A DNA stretch of 63,936 nucleotides, counting the filler, from Porpidia crustulata (taxonomy: Eukaryota): NCBI GenBank assembly GCA_964255105.1. It is 3 parts of 3 records of this genome, joined end to end, with 100 filler letters (N's around TTAATTAATTAA, not from the genome) between each part and the next. Parts side by side here need not be neighbours in the genome. Positions count along the whole stretch, not along the records: positions 1 to 23,714 come from CAXUWE010000071.1; positions 23,815 to 47,516 come from CAXUWE010000072.1; 1 more part is not named here. One strand, 5' to 3'. The notes under the pieces were generated by a model that saw only the letters and a program-made list of their open reading frames with translations, was not told the DNA's origin and did no database searches. The position numbers and the translations under genes are program-made. This document shows, piece after piece, positions 12,180-24,509 of this stretch. Numbering within the stretch: position 1 is the stretch's first letter; each line of letters opens with the position of its first letter.

Positions 12180-13041
12180 GGTAGCAGACGGATAGGGCTT
12201 TGAAAACCTGCTACCACATTGATTCTTGTTTTCAGCCCGGAGGAAGTAAAGGTCCACTGCCACAACGGAGGTCCATTCTTTGATAGGAAAATTAAATTAG
12301 ATTGGCCATCTTCACCAATATGTAAGTACTGTCATTACCACGGACGATTTAAGAGAAATCTATCGAAAGTAGACCAGAACATAGGTAGCAAACAAAATAG
12401 ACTCAAATGACAAAAAATGAGAGCAGACTAACGAGTGAAAGAATCTTGTATACTAAGCTATCCATTGATCACGTGCGTATCATGCAGCAAGGGTCGGCCC
12501 GAGCATCGTATTAGGCAAAGTAGGCATACTATATCCCTGCTAGTTCTGCATCACCCCTCATCCTGTCGAAAACGGACTTGGCTCGAATTGGTTTAGTTCC
12601 TTTCGAGGGCACGAGGGACTCGATTTGATTTAGGATTTCTCGATTTTGCATGTGATTCCATATACTATTCAATCATCAGAGCTCAAGTCACCACATATGT
12701 TTCTGCTTCTTTCAAGGTCCTACACCTTCATATACTCACTTCATGCCGTAAAGAAGCACTATACTCCGTATTCCTCAGCTACACCCTACTGATGTGAAGA
12801 TTACCGTGCCGAATTTCCCTCTCTCAAAATCTTCCCTGAATTTTCTCGATTCGTATACCAAGTTATACAAGGACTTCACGAGGAAGCTGAAGTCGCCTGG
12901 ACCACTTCACTGATTTGGCTAATACTACGAAAGCACCACGCGAGTATAAATCGTAGCTGTGGCATGATATGATTTGGGCCCTGCAAGAAGGCCGCAGATC
13001 CAGGGAGATATCGATATTGATTTTCACATAACACTCCGAAG

Positions 13042-14460
13042 ATGGACGCTCCGTCACATATGCAACGCCCAACACATTTGTTTGGATATGGTAAGCCGCT
13101 TTAATCCTCGTATCAAGTGTCGTTATTGATTCATAAGTTAGACCCTAGAAGTTTAGACATGTTTAACGGTCCGCCTACACCTCCGCCTGCTCCTGATTCT
13201 CGAACCCGCATTCTCGACGGCGACGATCTCTACAACTACGATCATTTCCTCGATCATTTCGATTCAGGCATGGCAACCTATCAAACTCAATATGCGCCTA
13301 CAGACTCCTTACCACCGGATCTCTGCGCATATGCGACACCGGCACATCAGTCTAACGTTGAAGCCTCCTCTGTCCCTTGGTCACACAATCCCTCCCTCTC
13401 CGTTCAGGACTCTACACACCCTATCAGCGATGGCCAAGGTCTGGAAGGCTTTCCTGATGATCAATGGCTTGAAAACACCACGAACCCAGCCCATTCGGAA
13501 CAGCGCTTTCAGTACCCCTCCGGAAGCTATAGCTCTAGACCTTTTGATACGCCGGCGAACATAGGGGAATTGAACCAACGCCATCGTCAGTTGTGTCACA
13601 GCAATGTCGCCGCATCTGGACGTCTCCACAGCTCCCACCACCCATTATCGCCGCAAGTAAACGTTATAGAAACGAGCGATGTGATAGATCAGATGTTTGG
13701 CGTCATGACTAATTCCTCGGTAATGCATACAGGGTTTACTACGCCGAGGGTGTTTCCCTATGGTTCCGACTCTGGGTTCCGCGAGGCCGGTTTTATCTCG
13801 CCAGCGATCCAGGAGGCCACTTCAAAGCGTCAGAGAACTATGATTGAGACTATGAATTGCTTGAGGCCGTCAGATAGCGCTGCAAACACCCGTCCGTCCA
13901 GTCCGATCGTCAAAAGACGAAAATTGTCGGCAGACCTTGAAGCAACGAGCTCACCTGTTGCAGATGTTGCCAGAGAGGATAAAATTGGACGTCATAAGAC
14001 GAAGGTGAAGGCTGGAGCAGTCAAGAACGATGTTGATAATCCAACATCGAACACGAAGAGAGATCGATCGTCCTCGACGAGAAAGACGAGGATCAGCAAG
14101 AAAGTATCTATCGACTCCGTTTCCTCGGAAAGTGGAAGACCATGTCCAGGAGGTCGAAAAGGCCCTCGGCAAAATCTCACGGAAGACCAGAAGAAGAAGA
14201 ATCATATCGGTTCGGAGCAACGGAGAAGGGACGCAATCAAACTTGCATACGACAGACTCAAGGAAATTGTACCAAGCCTAAGGACAGAAGACGTCAGCAG
14301 ATCCACGCGGGTAGATCGCGCCGTACAGTGGTTGGAGGAGCTTCTAGCAGGCAATGAAGAATTAAAACGACTCCTCTCCGCAGCTGGAGGCTCGACGGCT
14401 ACATCGCAGGATGGAATGACGGATGACTACCTAAATTTTGATACCCCGGTACATCAGTGA
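13042..14460 (+). CDS. bHLH transcription factor (fungal Ino2/Ino4-like type)
   Basis: C-terminal bHLH RQNLTEDQKKKNHIGSEQRRRDAIKLAYDRLKEIVP...RAVQWLEEL. ATG at 13042, intron about 13091-13141. Confidence 0.8.
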
Positions 14461-15031
14461 GCTGGTTACCAAGTTGTTTGATAAACGTTCCCAGAAAGGG
14501 TCAGGATGGTGTTGATGAAGGAATTGAAGGGGGTTGTATTGCGTAATAAGGCGTGTATATATTTAGATGACTATGTTGCTCACTGATGAGGACTGGGTTC
14601 CTTCTTGCCTCGTTATAAATACAGAGACTTCCACAATAATATATTATGATGATCATGAGTACCTTAGGCTGGGATCACGCATGCTTGTCGCGGACATCAG
14701 CCCTACATGCATCATAACCAAATAAAGTAATAAGCCCTCCAACGGGCAGGCAATCCCGGCACCAGGGGGTGTCAGAAGTTATTGGACCACTTAAGGATCA
14801 CTTGATCGAGGCCAATGACTTTAAGACTTGCTGGTCTCCTAGTGCTAGCAGTGTTGTTGACGGCAACGGGTAATTACATATTAGCCCTAACCCTAGACAG
14901 GTCTTTCTCAAGCATTAGGTGACTTTACGCGATTAGAGCTTTCGAACAAAGAATACGTAATTATAAAGCACATCATGCCATTGCCACGAAGTTGACGTCT
15001 AAATCCTTGAACAAAAGCTCTGAAATTTGTA

Positions 15032-16337
15032 ATGGTAAGTGGGATCTTACCATTTGAGAAACGCATTTAAGGGTTGTCTAATACCCTTCGTGATAGGCCA
15101 AACGGAAGAGTATCGTGGGAATCGCGAAACGTCGTAGGCCAGCTCCGCCAATCTCTCGTTTAAGCAAAAGCAGTTCGAAGCTTCAAATCGCAAGCCTGTC
15201 TCCAGAAGCTCAGATACGAGGCTCGCGTGCGCCTCAAACCCAGAATACCACTTTGGCTTCTCAACTTCCAAAGAACCGTAAGAGGGACACTAGTGATGGT
15301 CTCCAAACTGACGGTACCGAATTCTACAAGTCAATAGGTATTGGGACCTGCTGATGGGATCCTAGGCGGAAGATTGGGAAAGCCAATTGCATCACTTGAG
15401 CCGCAGCTTCTACATGTAAGCCAGAAGGTTATACGATCGACGTGGAAGACTCTTTTAAAGTCTACAGAAGAAAAAGCCCAACAAGTTCTCCAGGCAGTTG
15501 AGAGGCCAGTTATTGCAAGGCATATAGGTGAAACAGCGCAAATTGGGGCGCAGGTGACGATCCGTTCAGTCACAAAAATGCACGTTTTCCGGCTCCTTTC
15601 ATGGACCGCGTGCAGGCGTTTGGTTATTGACAATTGAAAAGCTTGGGCAAACGCCTGCGACGGATGCCATTCCCGCCCAAAACAAAAGAGGCACACTTCG
15701 ATTACGAAGCGCTCCTCAAAGATAATGTATGTCGACGGATATCGATTATTGGTCGGTACGATCGTTAACACTGATGCAGCGAAGACTTGAACGTCGATTA
15801 AACGCAGCTATCATTGCAATTGCTTCCCTCAAGAATGAGATCGACAAGCATGAACAATGGCTTGCATCAGAGAGTCTTAATCTCGAAACACTCGAGAAGG
15901 TTTGGGAGGCCGAAGAAGCCCGGAAGAAGCGGAACAGTAGAAAGGTTGGTCATGGATGCCCGTATGGTGTTATGGCTTTGATATGAGATTTGACTCGATT
16001 TTCGACACAGCACCAACATCCACTGCGGCTAGATGACGGAATCGAGCAAGGCAGTAGCCTCGATCTCATCAAGCTGACAGTACTGAAGTATGGCCAGGTG
16101 CAGCACCTCGAGGTGCGTGCGGTTGTGTATCCACTTCAATCAAGCATGCTGACAACGAGCAAGCAGCAGCAGGATGACCAAGACTCGGATTTGCGACATT
16201 TGACTTTACGGATCCAAAACCATCTAGATAGTATGCAGGTCAACAAAAATCAGGTAGTTGGGATCGATGAAGCACTGCTGGGAACGAGGTCAAGATTGGA
16301 TGAGGTTTTGCGCCATCAAATTTCAAACAACACGTAA
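15032..16337 (+). CDS. Inner-kinetochore CENP-Q / Okp1 / Fta7-like protein
   Basis: Spliced product has HVSQKVIRSTWKTL, AVERPVI and LGKRLRRMPFPPKTKEAHFDYE followed by coiled coil. First exon is ATG only (ATG|GTAAGT), and one GC-AG intron lies at 15580-15641. Confidence 0.7.
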
Positions 16338-17033
16338 TATGGCCTGGCCTGAGACTCTTTGGCGACATATCAGAATGTAATAGCAGCACAGCACACTAGT
16401 ACCAAGTAGTCGCTCTGCATAGAACTCAATGGCGGAGTGTTCCGAAAGCTTCTACTGTGAGCTACTTCACGATCGACTGGTCACACAGAGCGTGTATGAC
16501 ATGAACAGCGAGTTGATCACCAAGTAGGTCGACAGGTAGGCATCCTGGGGAACACCCGAAGGCCACTTAGTGCCTACCTACCTAGGTACCATCTCTACCT
16601 ACTTAAATCGCCCCTGTCACTCGTATTCCATAGTCATCTCTGCTCTTTCACCCTCGACTAGTCACAGAAGTTCGCACGGCGTAGATGAACACGCTATCCT
16701 ACCTGCCTTGCCCTGTCCTCTGCAGATTCCATACGACGTATACGAGTAAGGATTTGAGGTGATAGGCGTTCTTTGCAGCAACGGGGAAGGCGAAATTAAG
16801 GTAGGCATGTATCCGTTGATGCGCAAGCGCAACACTGCAGCCGTTGGCGATCATGGGCGATCTCTCTGATCTCAGCCCTTTGGGTTAGGACCAATTGGTA
16901 CATTCTACGTCGCTCAACAATCTTGAAACTCCTAGAATTATTTCCACCTGCGCCATTGAAAGTTCCTGCTGCACCCGGGGTATGGAAGAACGAATCATCG
17001 GTCAATCTGTCATCTAGAATATTATGGAGATCA

Positions 17034-18934
17034 ATGGAAAAACCCAAAGCTCAACGGGCGCTCACGCCGCAGAACGAGGACGCTGCTTCAGGCACCACCA
17101 CAAGCATGAGCCCGAAGAAACGGCGGAAGGTAAACCACGGTAAGTGAGTTCTTTGTGAGGGAACTAGGATTGTGTCCCTCGACCTTCGAATCATGCGCTG
17201 ACACACCAACCATGGGCAGCATGTATCTACTGCCGGCGCTCGGTGAGCCACTTCCCAATGCTACACAACAGTTCCCAATTTGAGTTTGGCGGATATGTGT
17301 GGACTGATCAACGGTGATGCTACTCCAATGATAGCACATGACTTGCGACCTGGTAAGGCTTGTCATCGCATTGGTGCCTAACAGCGCGTCTCGTTTAGTA
17401 TGGCTCTACTGATATCATGGGCCCCATTGGTTATAGGACCGACCTTGTACGAGATGTGTCAAGCGTAACATTGGCCATTTGTGCCACGATGAACCTCGTG
17501 AGCCCGTGCGGACTGCGAAGAGCGAGCCGGAAATTGCGTTTGGGGACAGTGAGGGAGGTTCCAAAGCGGAGCAGGTCCACGGGAACGGATTGCATCCATC
17601 CATCGACCAGCGTTCGGCAGAGCAGTCATTGATGCAAGATACCGCAGTAAGATTGATCCCGAGTGCAGCTCCAACGGAGATCCAAACGACCTCTTCTCAG
17701 GCAGCGCAGTTGTCCCCCGTTTCTGGAACTCAGAAACAGGAACCAAACGGTAACAGTGAACAGTGTAGGTCATGTTGGGTGTCGTTGGGTCCCACTCCGA
17801 TCATGCTAACATCGATCTAGTCTTGGGTTACAGCGACTGGGGCAATAATCAATTCCAGGATATGCACAGCTTTCATCAATCATACATGTTCAATGAACCA
17901 GAAGTGAGTAGCGAATACAACCTCTTCAACGATTTTCTCAGCACCAGCCTGCTCGACGACGGAGCAATATTCCAACGCGACGACAGTCAGGGTCTCTATT
18001 CCGATCCGTCCCTGATCAACACAGTTGCGGCCAGCAGCAATACGAGCGGTGCACCGTACCCGTCAAGCCAGCAGCAGATCCAAGCCCTAGGCCTCTCACA
18101 GCCTGGTATATCTCCAGCGAGCAGCATACCGCGTCCAGCGAGCATCATGCCGAACGATAAAGCTCGCGAAACATATTACATGACAGCAGCCGATCCTTCG
18201 GGCAGCGATACTCCCGAGGAACGCATGAACAAATTGCTCAAGGCCAAATATGACGCTGGCATGCTCCGACCGTTCAATTATGTCAAGGGATATGCTCGTC
18301 TGAATCAATACATGGACAAGTATATGCAGCCCACATCGCGCCAAAAGATCTTGAAGCAACTAGACAGATTCAGGCCAAAGTTCCGCGAGCGCATGCAGAC
18401 TTTGACGGACGTTGAGCTTGTACTGGTCGAGATGTGGTTTGAGAGGAGCTTGATGGAGTATGACAGGGTGTTTGCAAGCATGGCCATACCTGCGTGCTGC
18501 TGGAGGAGGACCGGCGAGATATTTAGGGGTAATAAGGAAATGGCTCAGTTGATACACGTGCCCGTCGAGAAACTCAAAGACGTAAGCCTCAATAGCACGC
18601 AGATTAACGACAGTCAATTCTTACCCACCTGAAACAGGGAAAGCTAGCTATTCATGAGATCATTGCTGAGGACCACCTCGTCAGCTACTGGGAGAAATTT
18701 GGCGCCATCGCGTTCGACAAAACACAGAAAGCGATGCTGACAAGCTGTTCCCTGAAGAGCCCCGATCCCACATCTACCAGCGCCGAAATCCATTGCTGTT
18801 TTTCTTTTACCATAAGACGAGATACGCACAACATGTAAGTTCTTCGGATCACGACTCAAAAGCCTTCTGACACTCTAGACAGTCCTTCTTTGATAGTCGG
18901 TAACTTTCTACCCGTGAAGCCCAACAAGGCGTAA
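17034..18934 (+). CDS. acuM: Zn2Cys6 gluconeogenesis regulator of the AcuM/Rds2 family with C-terminal PAS-like domain
   Basis: Spliced zinc cluster KKRRKVNHACIYCRRSHMTCDLDRPCTRCVKRNIGHLCHDEPRE, plus YYMTAADP, LRPFNYVKGYARL and PACCWRRTGEI motifs, ending IVGNFLP. Confidence 0.88.
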
Positions 18935-19296
18935 CAAAGCTTAGTCTTGTTTTCCTGTGTACGATAAACTGTTACATCGCCTAATCGCGATGCCTAAGAT
19001 CATAGAATACTAGCTACCTTCTTCATGGCAGGCTCATTGCTTTCTGGCAACTCATACACCTGTAAATTCCGAGCGATTTCTGTCCTAGGGGCAACATGGC
19101 AGTCTTGACTTCAAACTTTCGACTTGCTGAGACGGCGTCCTCCATCGAAGCTTCTGTATCTCCTAGAAATTAACTGTCGTAATACTTTTCTCCTTCGTTA
19201 CTGTGACACTATTTTCGGCAACTACCGTCATGTCATCAGCCTAGTGTGCTGAACCTTCTGATCCGACTGTAACATAGCACTGTCCCGGCTCTAGCA

Positions 19297-22200
19297 ATGG
19301 CGCCTGGTGCACGGCGCAGTGGAAACGAGACCAAAGTGAACGCCCTCCTTGGTCAGCCACCAGCTCCCATGGAATCTGTCCGTGTATTAACGTCCTAGCT
19401 CCAGATTTTGCGATCAATTTGGATCACAGTCTGAGCTCCGACAACGTTCCTGACTCGATGATCGCCGAACTTTATAGACAGGTGGATCGCGTACTCACAA
19501 TACACGATGCAGACCTTACGAATCGCTCCCATGACATGGACATGCAAGGAACAAAATTGTGGAACCACGCTTCGAAAGTCAACAAAGGCGGTTCGATCAG
19601 CGCAGAGCTGGGTTGTCTAGGTGGGTCGTTGCACAAATGAAGCTTGTGGAACATTCGCTTACACATGTAGTGCGAGTCTTCGCCTGCATGTTTCTCGACT
19701 GCGCGCAGAGGAGCTCCCATCTTACTGGGTCAAGTGAGGTCCACGATAGCGAGACGGACAAGCCATAGGTTCCTGACGATGGGCTTAGATGACGTGCGAG
19801 TCTTGAAGACAGTGCTTAGGACGGCTAAGTATTGCCTAGGTTTGCCATGTTCCCATTCGCAACGCCCTTGATGAGCTGGCTGACGATAACATAGATCAGC
19901 GACAACTCACTTTGGCCGAAAGAGTCATTGAAAGGGCGGCTTTCTATGAGAAGAGGCTTGCAGGAGGCAGCCACCCTGAAGGAGAACATGGCTCTCGGAT
20001 TCACCAATTATCGAAGGAATACTACATCTTGAGGGTAGCTTTGGTGCGCTCTCTCATCCAGAGTCAAATTCCTTAATCATCAAATTTTCGTTCTGACTAG
20101 GTGGAAGGCATGGCGACAAGATCGTCTTGATATTGCCGAACTCATACTTAGCAAAATAGGCACGAACTCAGACGAACTCAGCCCTATCTTAGCAGAGCAG
20201 CTTGCTGACCTGCTCTTTGAGATTGCCAGCCACCAAGCGAAGGGTTCTTTACACACGAGTGTGGTATGGTGGCTTGAGAAAGCACGTGATATCCTCGGGG
20301 CTCAGAGCCAGGAGCAGCTGAGTAGCGATGCTGGAGAACTTCGGCTCAGCGTAATGTATGGGTTGGTCAAAGCTTTGATGCAGTCCGGAGGGGACGAAGA
20401 TAAGAAAAGAGCATGGAACATTGTTGCCGACCTAGAGGTTGAATCAGCTGATAGGTTGGCTGTGCTATTGCTGAAGCTTGATCTATACGACACCGAACCA
20501 AAGTCTTCACCTCAAGAATATTGTGATGTTCTTCGGCGAATTGTGCGCTCGGTACACCTTACGGACTCCAACGTCAAGACAATCTTGCATCACGTACATA
20601 AGTTGAGGCTTCGGAACTCTCGGCTAGCACATACCTTGCTCTCCACCCTTATCACAGAAAGACTGCTGGGAGCGGAGGAGACTGCCTGGCTAGAGAAAGC
20701 GCTGATCACAGTTTTCTGGAACTGTACAACATCGCCCGATCTTGGTGATGCCTTGGGGCTACTGAATGGCATCATTCATACCGTAGCCACTAGCCTAGGC
20801 AAGCCTTTGAGTCCTTCAGCTACATATGCCGCACATATTGTATGTGAGCTTTCTGCGTCTAGCAAGTGCCATTGAGTAGCAAGCGTAAGGACTAAAGATA
20901 TCACAGCTCCTGTGGAAGCGCATAGAGACGACTTTCAATCGTGGGGAGTACGAGAATTCCGAAGCTTGGTGCAATCTCTCATTGCATGTCATCTTTGGCA
21001 ATACTGGTGAGAATAATATAGGGAAATTGCAACGGTGAAATGACATTCCAAGTACTTTATATTTGGTCTCTAATAGAAGAGTAGGAAGCTGATACTTGCT
21101 GCTCTTGCCTCGTCAGATTCTACAAAAGCCCGCGAGACCCACAGTCGAATGTCAGATTCGAATCAAAAGCATCCCCTGACCAAGTACCTACTCTACAAAT
21201 TGGCATTAGAATGTAAAGACGCGGAGTTAGGTGCGCAGTCTTCTTCTCTTGTCTGACGGCTGTTGGACTAACGTACGAAGCCACGGAGTGTCTAGATGCA
21301 ATCTGTAGTGTTTCTACGGAAGACGTTACTCTACTCTATGCATGTGTCTTAGAGGCACAGCGTGTGGGAGATCAGACACAGACGATAATCGCTTTGCAAC
21401 GCGTACTCGACAAATACGACTACTGTGCTCCCCACGGCGTTCATCTGCCGGCTCTTCTTCGGTACGCTATTTCCGCCATAGTTGAAAGGGTTCTTCGCTG
21501 ACTGGTTGTTAGCTGCACTGCTCGTCTCCTTATACACCAGATGAGCAGCTCTGAAACGCAGTTGCGGGATGGTAACAACGAGATATGCAAACTCTTCGAG
21601 GGAGGTGCGTCGTCGAGTCCCGTAGACTTTCGGATCATTAAGTTTTGAAAGCTGCTGTCCAGGCCAAAGTCGCCAGACGGGACTCGAAAGATAGTCTCTT
21701 CTCGCTCTCGGAGCTCGACTGGTTCTCTAGAAATAGTTACAATCTGGCGCTTCAATTCTGCATGACGTGGACTCCTCCACAAACGCTGCGCCTTGTGCAA
21801 GCTTGTTTGAAGGTTCTTCGACGCCATATTTACAACCATGGCAATCTGCTGATCGGTTCTCAGCTCCTCGACCTGTATCCGAGTGACATCGAGGTCAGTA
21901 TAATCGAAGATTTGTCATTGCGAAGGTTGTTCTGCGAGTTTTTGAGTGCCTCACTCCTCATCGTGGTAGCGCGAGGAGAGGACATAATAGAGCATGAGGT
22001 GTTGTCTCTATCTCGTCAAATGAGCTTACTGAAGCTGAAAATGAGCAGCTGCAATATTATCTTGGTGTACGCAAAGCCACCAGCAGATTTCGTATACCGC
22101 TACATGAGCAGCTTAACAGACTAGCAGGCGGTGCTAGAGCAGACATCCTGAGCAAATACTCGAGCATTCTAGCGTTCGATTTTGAGGGAGCCGCAAGACT

Positions 22201-22909
22201 CAAAGCGTGGGGCAATTTTGAACAGATTGTCGATGTACTATAACTATTTCCGCATCTTCAGGGCCATCCATTAACGCCTCCTTTATAGGAATGCCAGTAC
22301 TGCGAAGATCCGAAGATTTATGGGGCATTAGCCGATGTCCTTCTTTCTTGCGAAGCCCCAAACGACAGTAAGAATGATTCAATTGAAATGCTCATATTGG
22401 GGCTAATATCAAATAGCTAAGATTGCGATATTGCAGGTATGCGACGTATTGTAGAAGATACCTGCAGGAACTCAAGCCAGATAGCAAATTGTGAATATCG
22501 TCTGGCGCCTCGATAGCAACGACATCGCAAAGCTCTCCCGCTGGATCAGATGCCTATTCTCCATGGCCAATACGACGAAAATCGAACTAGCGGAGCACCT
22601 CCTCGACCAAGTCGTCACCATCGCCGCAGACGCCAAGAAGGTTCTCCTCTCTTATTTTTTTACTTGGACCTACGTTTCTAACGCCACTTATGTATGATGC
22701 AGAAAGCAACCCCTTACCCCCCCGAGGAAATTGCCTGGCTCTCGTCCACAGCCTTCAACCGCGCCGTTGACTTCTACAGCTCCTCCCAAGATGAAGCGTG
22801 CAGGCGGTGGGCGGGAAAGGCGCTAGAGATTGCGAGTCTGAGCGACGATGGAGGAACCTTGCAGGATTTGCTGCAGGAGAAGTTCATGGGGCTGACGTGG
22901 GATCATTGA
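19297..22909 (+). CDS. SPO22: Meiosis-specific TPR protein SPO22/ZIP4 (ZMM group), many introns
   Basis: GTKLWN, VRVFACMFLD, YYILRVALAWRQDRLDIAE, ELDWFSRNSYNLAL, KLSRWIRCLF and YPPEEIAWLSSTAFNRAVDFY motifs. The 5' exons I traced splice in frame. Confidence 0.85.
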
Positions 22910-23714
22910 CAAGGTTGGGATGGGTTTGGATCAGCGAGTTGAGAAGAGTTTCGACGCTTTTGCTTTCGGCTTCTGGTCATGGACTCCCAAACTATTTATT
23001 TCGATGCATGCAGCTCCTAAGCCTCCAAAATGCTAAGTTGAAAGTATTTCGGTCCCTATTCTATTTGAGTATGCTGTTTTACGGACCTTATTATTCTTCG
23101 CCATTGAAAATCTACAAATACTCCATGATGCGAGGCTTCACAATACCTTAGGGGTGGTGGTATCCGAGCATACATTCATCTCGTCGTCGATAGACGCTCT
23201 CACCATATTTTGCCAAAGGTGTTCTCCTTGTAAATTGAGGGACCGTGTTGTTGGCGAATCAGGTGGCAGCAATTAGGCAATTGGTCAACATGAAGCATTT
23301 ATTATGGTGATCATACATGTGGTTTATATTGATGCAGATGGTATGTACGAAAGGGGGTCTGGAGAGGTAAAACTCTGCAGTCCCACTAGCGCTAAATAAG
23401 CGAATGTGATAGGGCTAGCTGGGTAAGGCTAGCCTGGTAGGGCCGGAAATTACCAACCCAAGGAAATCAGCACCATGGGGTGCTGGTATGCCAACACGTG
23501 TATGGCATTCCAATACGTCATGATGCACCAACACCATAATTCCGCGCGGGATTTCCATTCAATATCAGAATCTTCTTCGCTTGCTTCGGCAGCACCCTTT
23601 CGCACACGATAAAATCTGAACCTCTAGCTTCCGGCCCAACGGCACCTACGAGGCTAAGCTGTGGATGGAAAGCGGGGGGGTGGGAAAAGGGTGGAAGACG
23701 TTTCGGTGTGGGAT

Positions 23715-23814
23715 NNNNNNNNNNNNNNNNNNNNNNNNNNNNNNNNNNNNNNNNNNNNTTAATTAATTAANNNNNNNNNNNNNNNNNNNNNNNNNNNNNN
23801 NNNNNNNNNNNNNN
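23715..23814. other. Assembly gap / artificial linker (N44-TTAATTAATTAA-N44)
   Basis: Exactly 100 bp. The central 12-mer places stop codons in all six frames. Confidence 0.97.
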
Positions 23815-24509
23815 CTTGAAGCGTCCGTTCAGTCAATGTAAAACTCACATCTATATATACCGGATCCAGCGCGAGCACGAGTGCGGTTGCGGACCTTAGA
23901 TTATACGGGTTTTGGTGATGTATGTGAGGACGGATCGATTGGACTCGGTTTGGATTTTTCGAGGGTGAAGGAGGTATGGGGGAGGCTAATCCGCCGACAT
24001 AATGGATTTTTATCGTCCAAGAGTTCTTTGGGATGTGTCTTTACTAGCTCCTCAACCCTTTACCATATCTCCACTACGACCAATCAACAGCCACTCACCG
24101 CCTATCACATCACATCACGCACAGCATCTCAAAGGCCCTTTTCCCATAAGAAGCAAAATATTCATAATTTTTTCAAAGAAGCAACCTAGCAGCTACCTAA
24201 TCACCCTTTTTCCCATTTTGTTCCCATTTAGACGACCGATCGCTATGCAAACCCTCACCGAAAGGACAGAAAAGTCGAAAATAAAGAATACACAGACGTG
24301 CCACACCGCAGGGTATCTGGCAAAAAAAAGCATATGCAAGGACGCCGACTCATGAACAAAGTTACAGATGTTTTTTTAAGTCGTGATGGTGGGATGATGG
24401 GGGGTCGTTGCTGAGAATACTTTGGTCGTTGATGAGGTTTTTTGAACCGAAGGTCGAGGTAGGATGTGTAAGAGATATGGGAATGCGACGTGGAATGAGG
24501 AAGCAAAAT

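Noticed and set aside
16520..16605. TAGGTA/TACCTA runs upstream of acuM, with similar ones near 14660, 29490 and 30968
   Set aside because: Short motifs that are common in filamentous-fungal intergenic DNA, with no element boundaries or specific function supportable.
23674..23714. G-rich GGGGGGGTGGGAAAAGGGTGG resembling part of the MITE TIR or a G-quadruplex
   Set aside because: Only about 11 bp match the TIR, with no terminal CGAG-TA and no partner repeat. It is low-complexity sequence at a contig end.
23759..23770. TTAATTAATTAA palindrome, repeated at 47561-47572
   Set aside because: It is centred in identical 44-N flanks, so it is an artificial six-frame stop linker and not biological.
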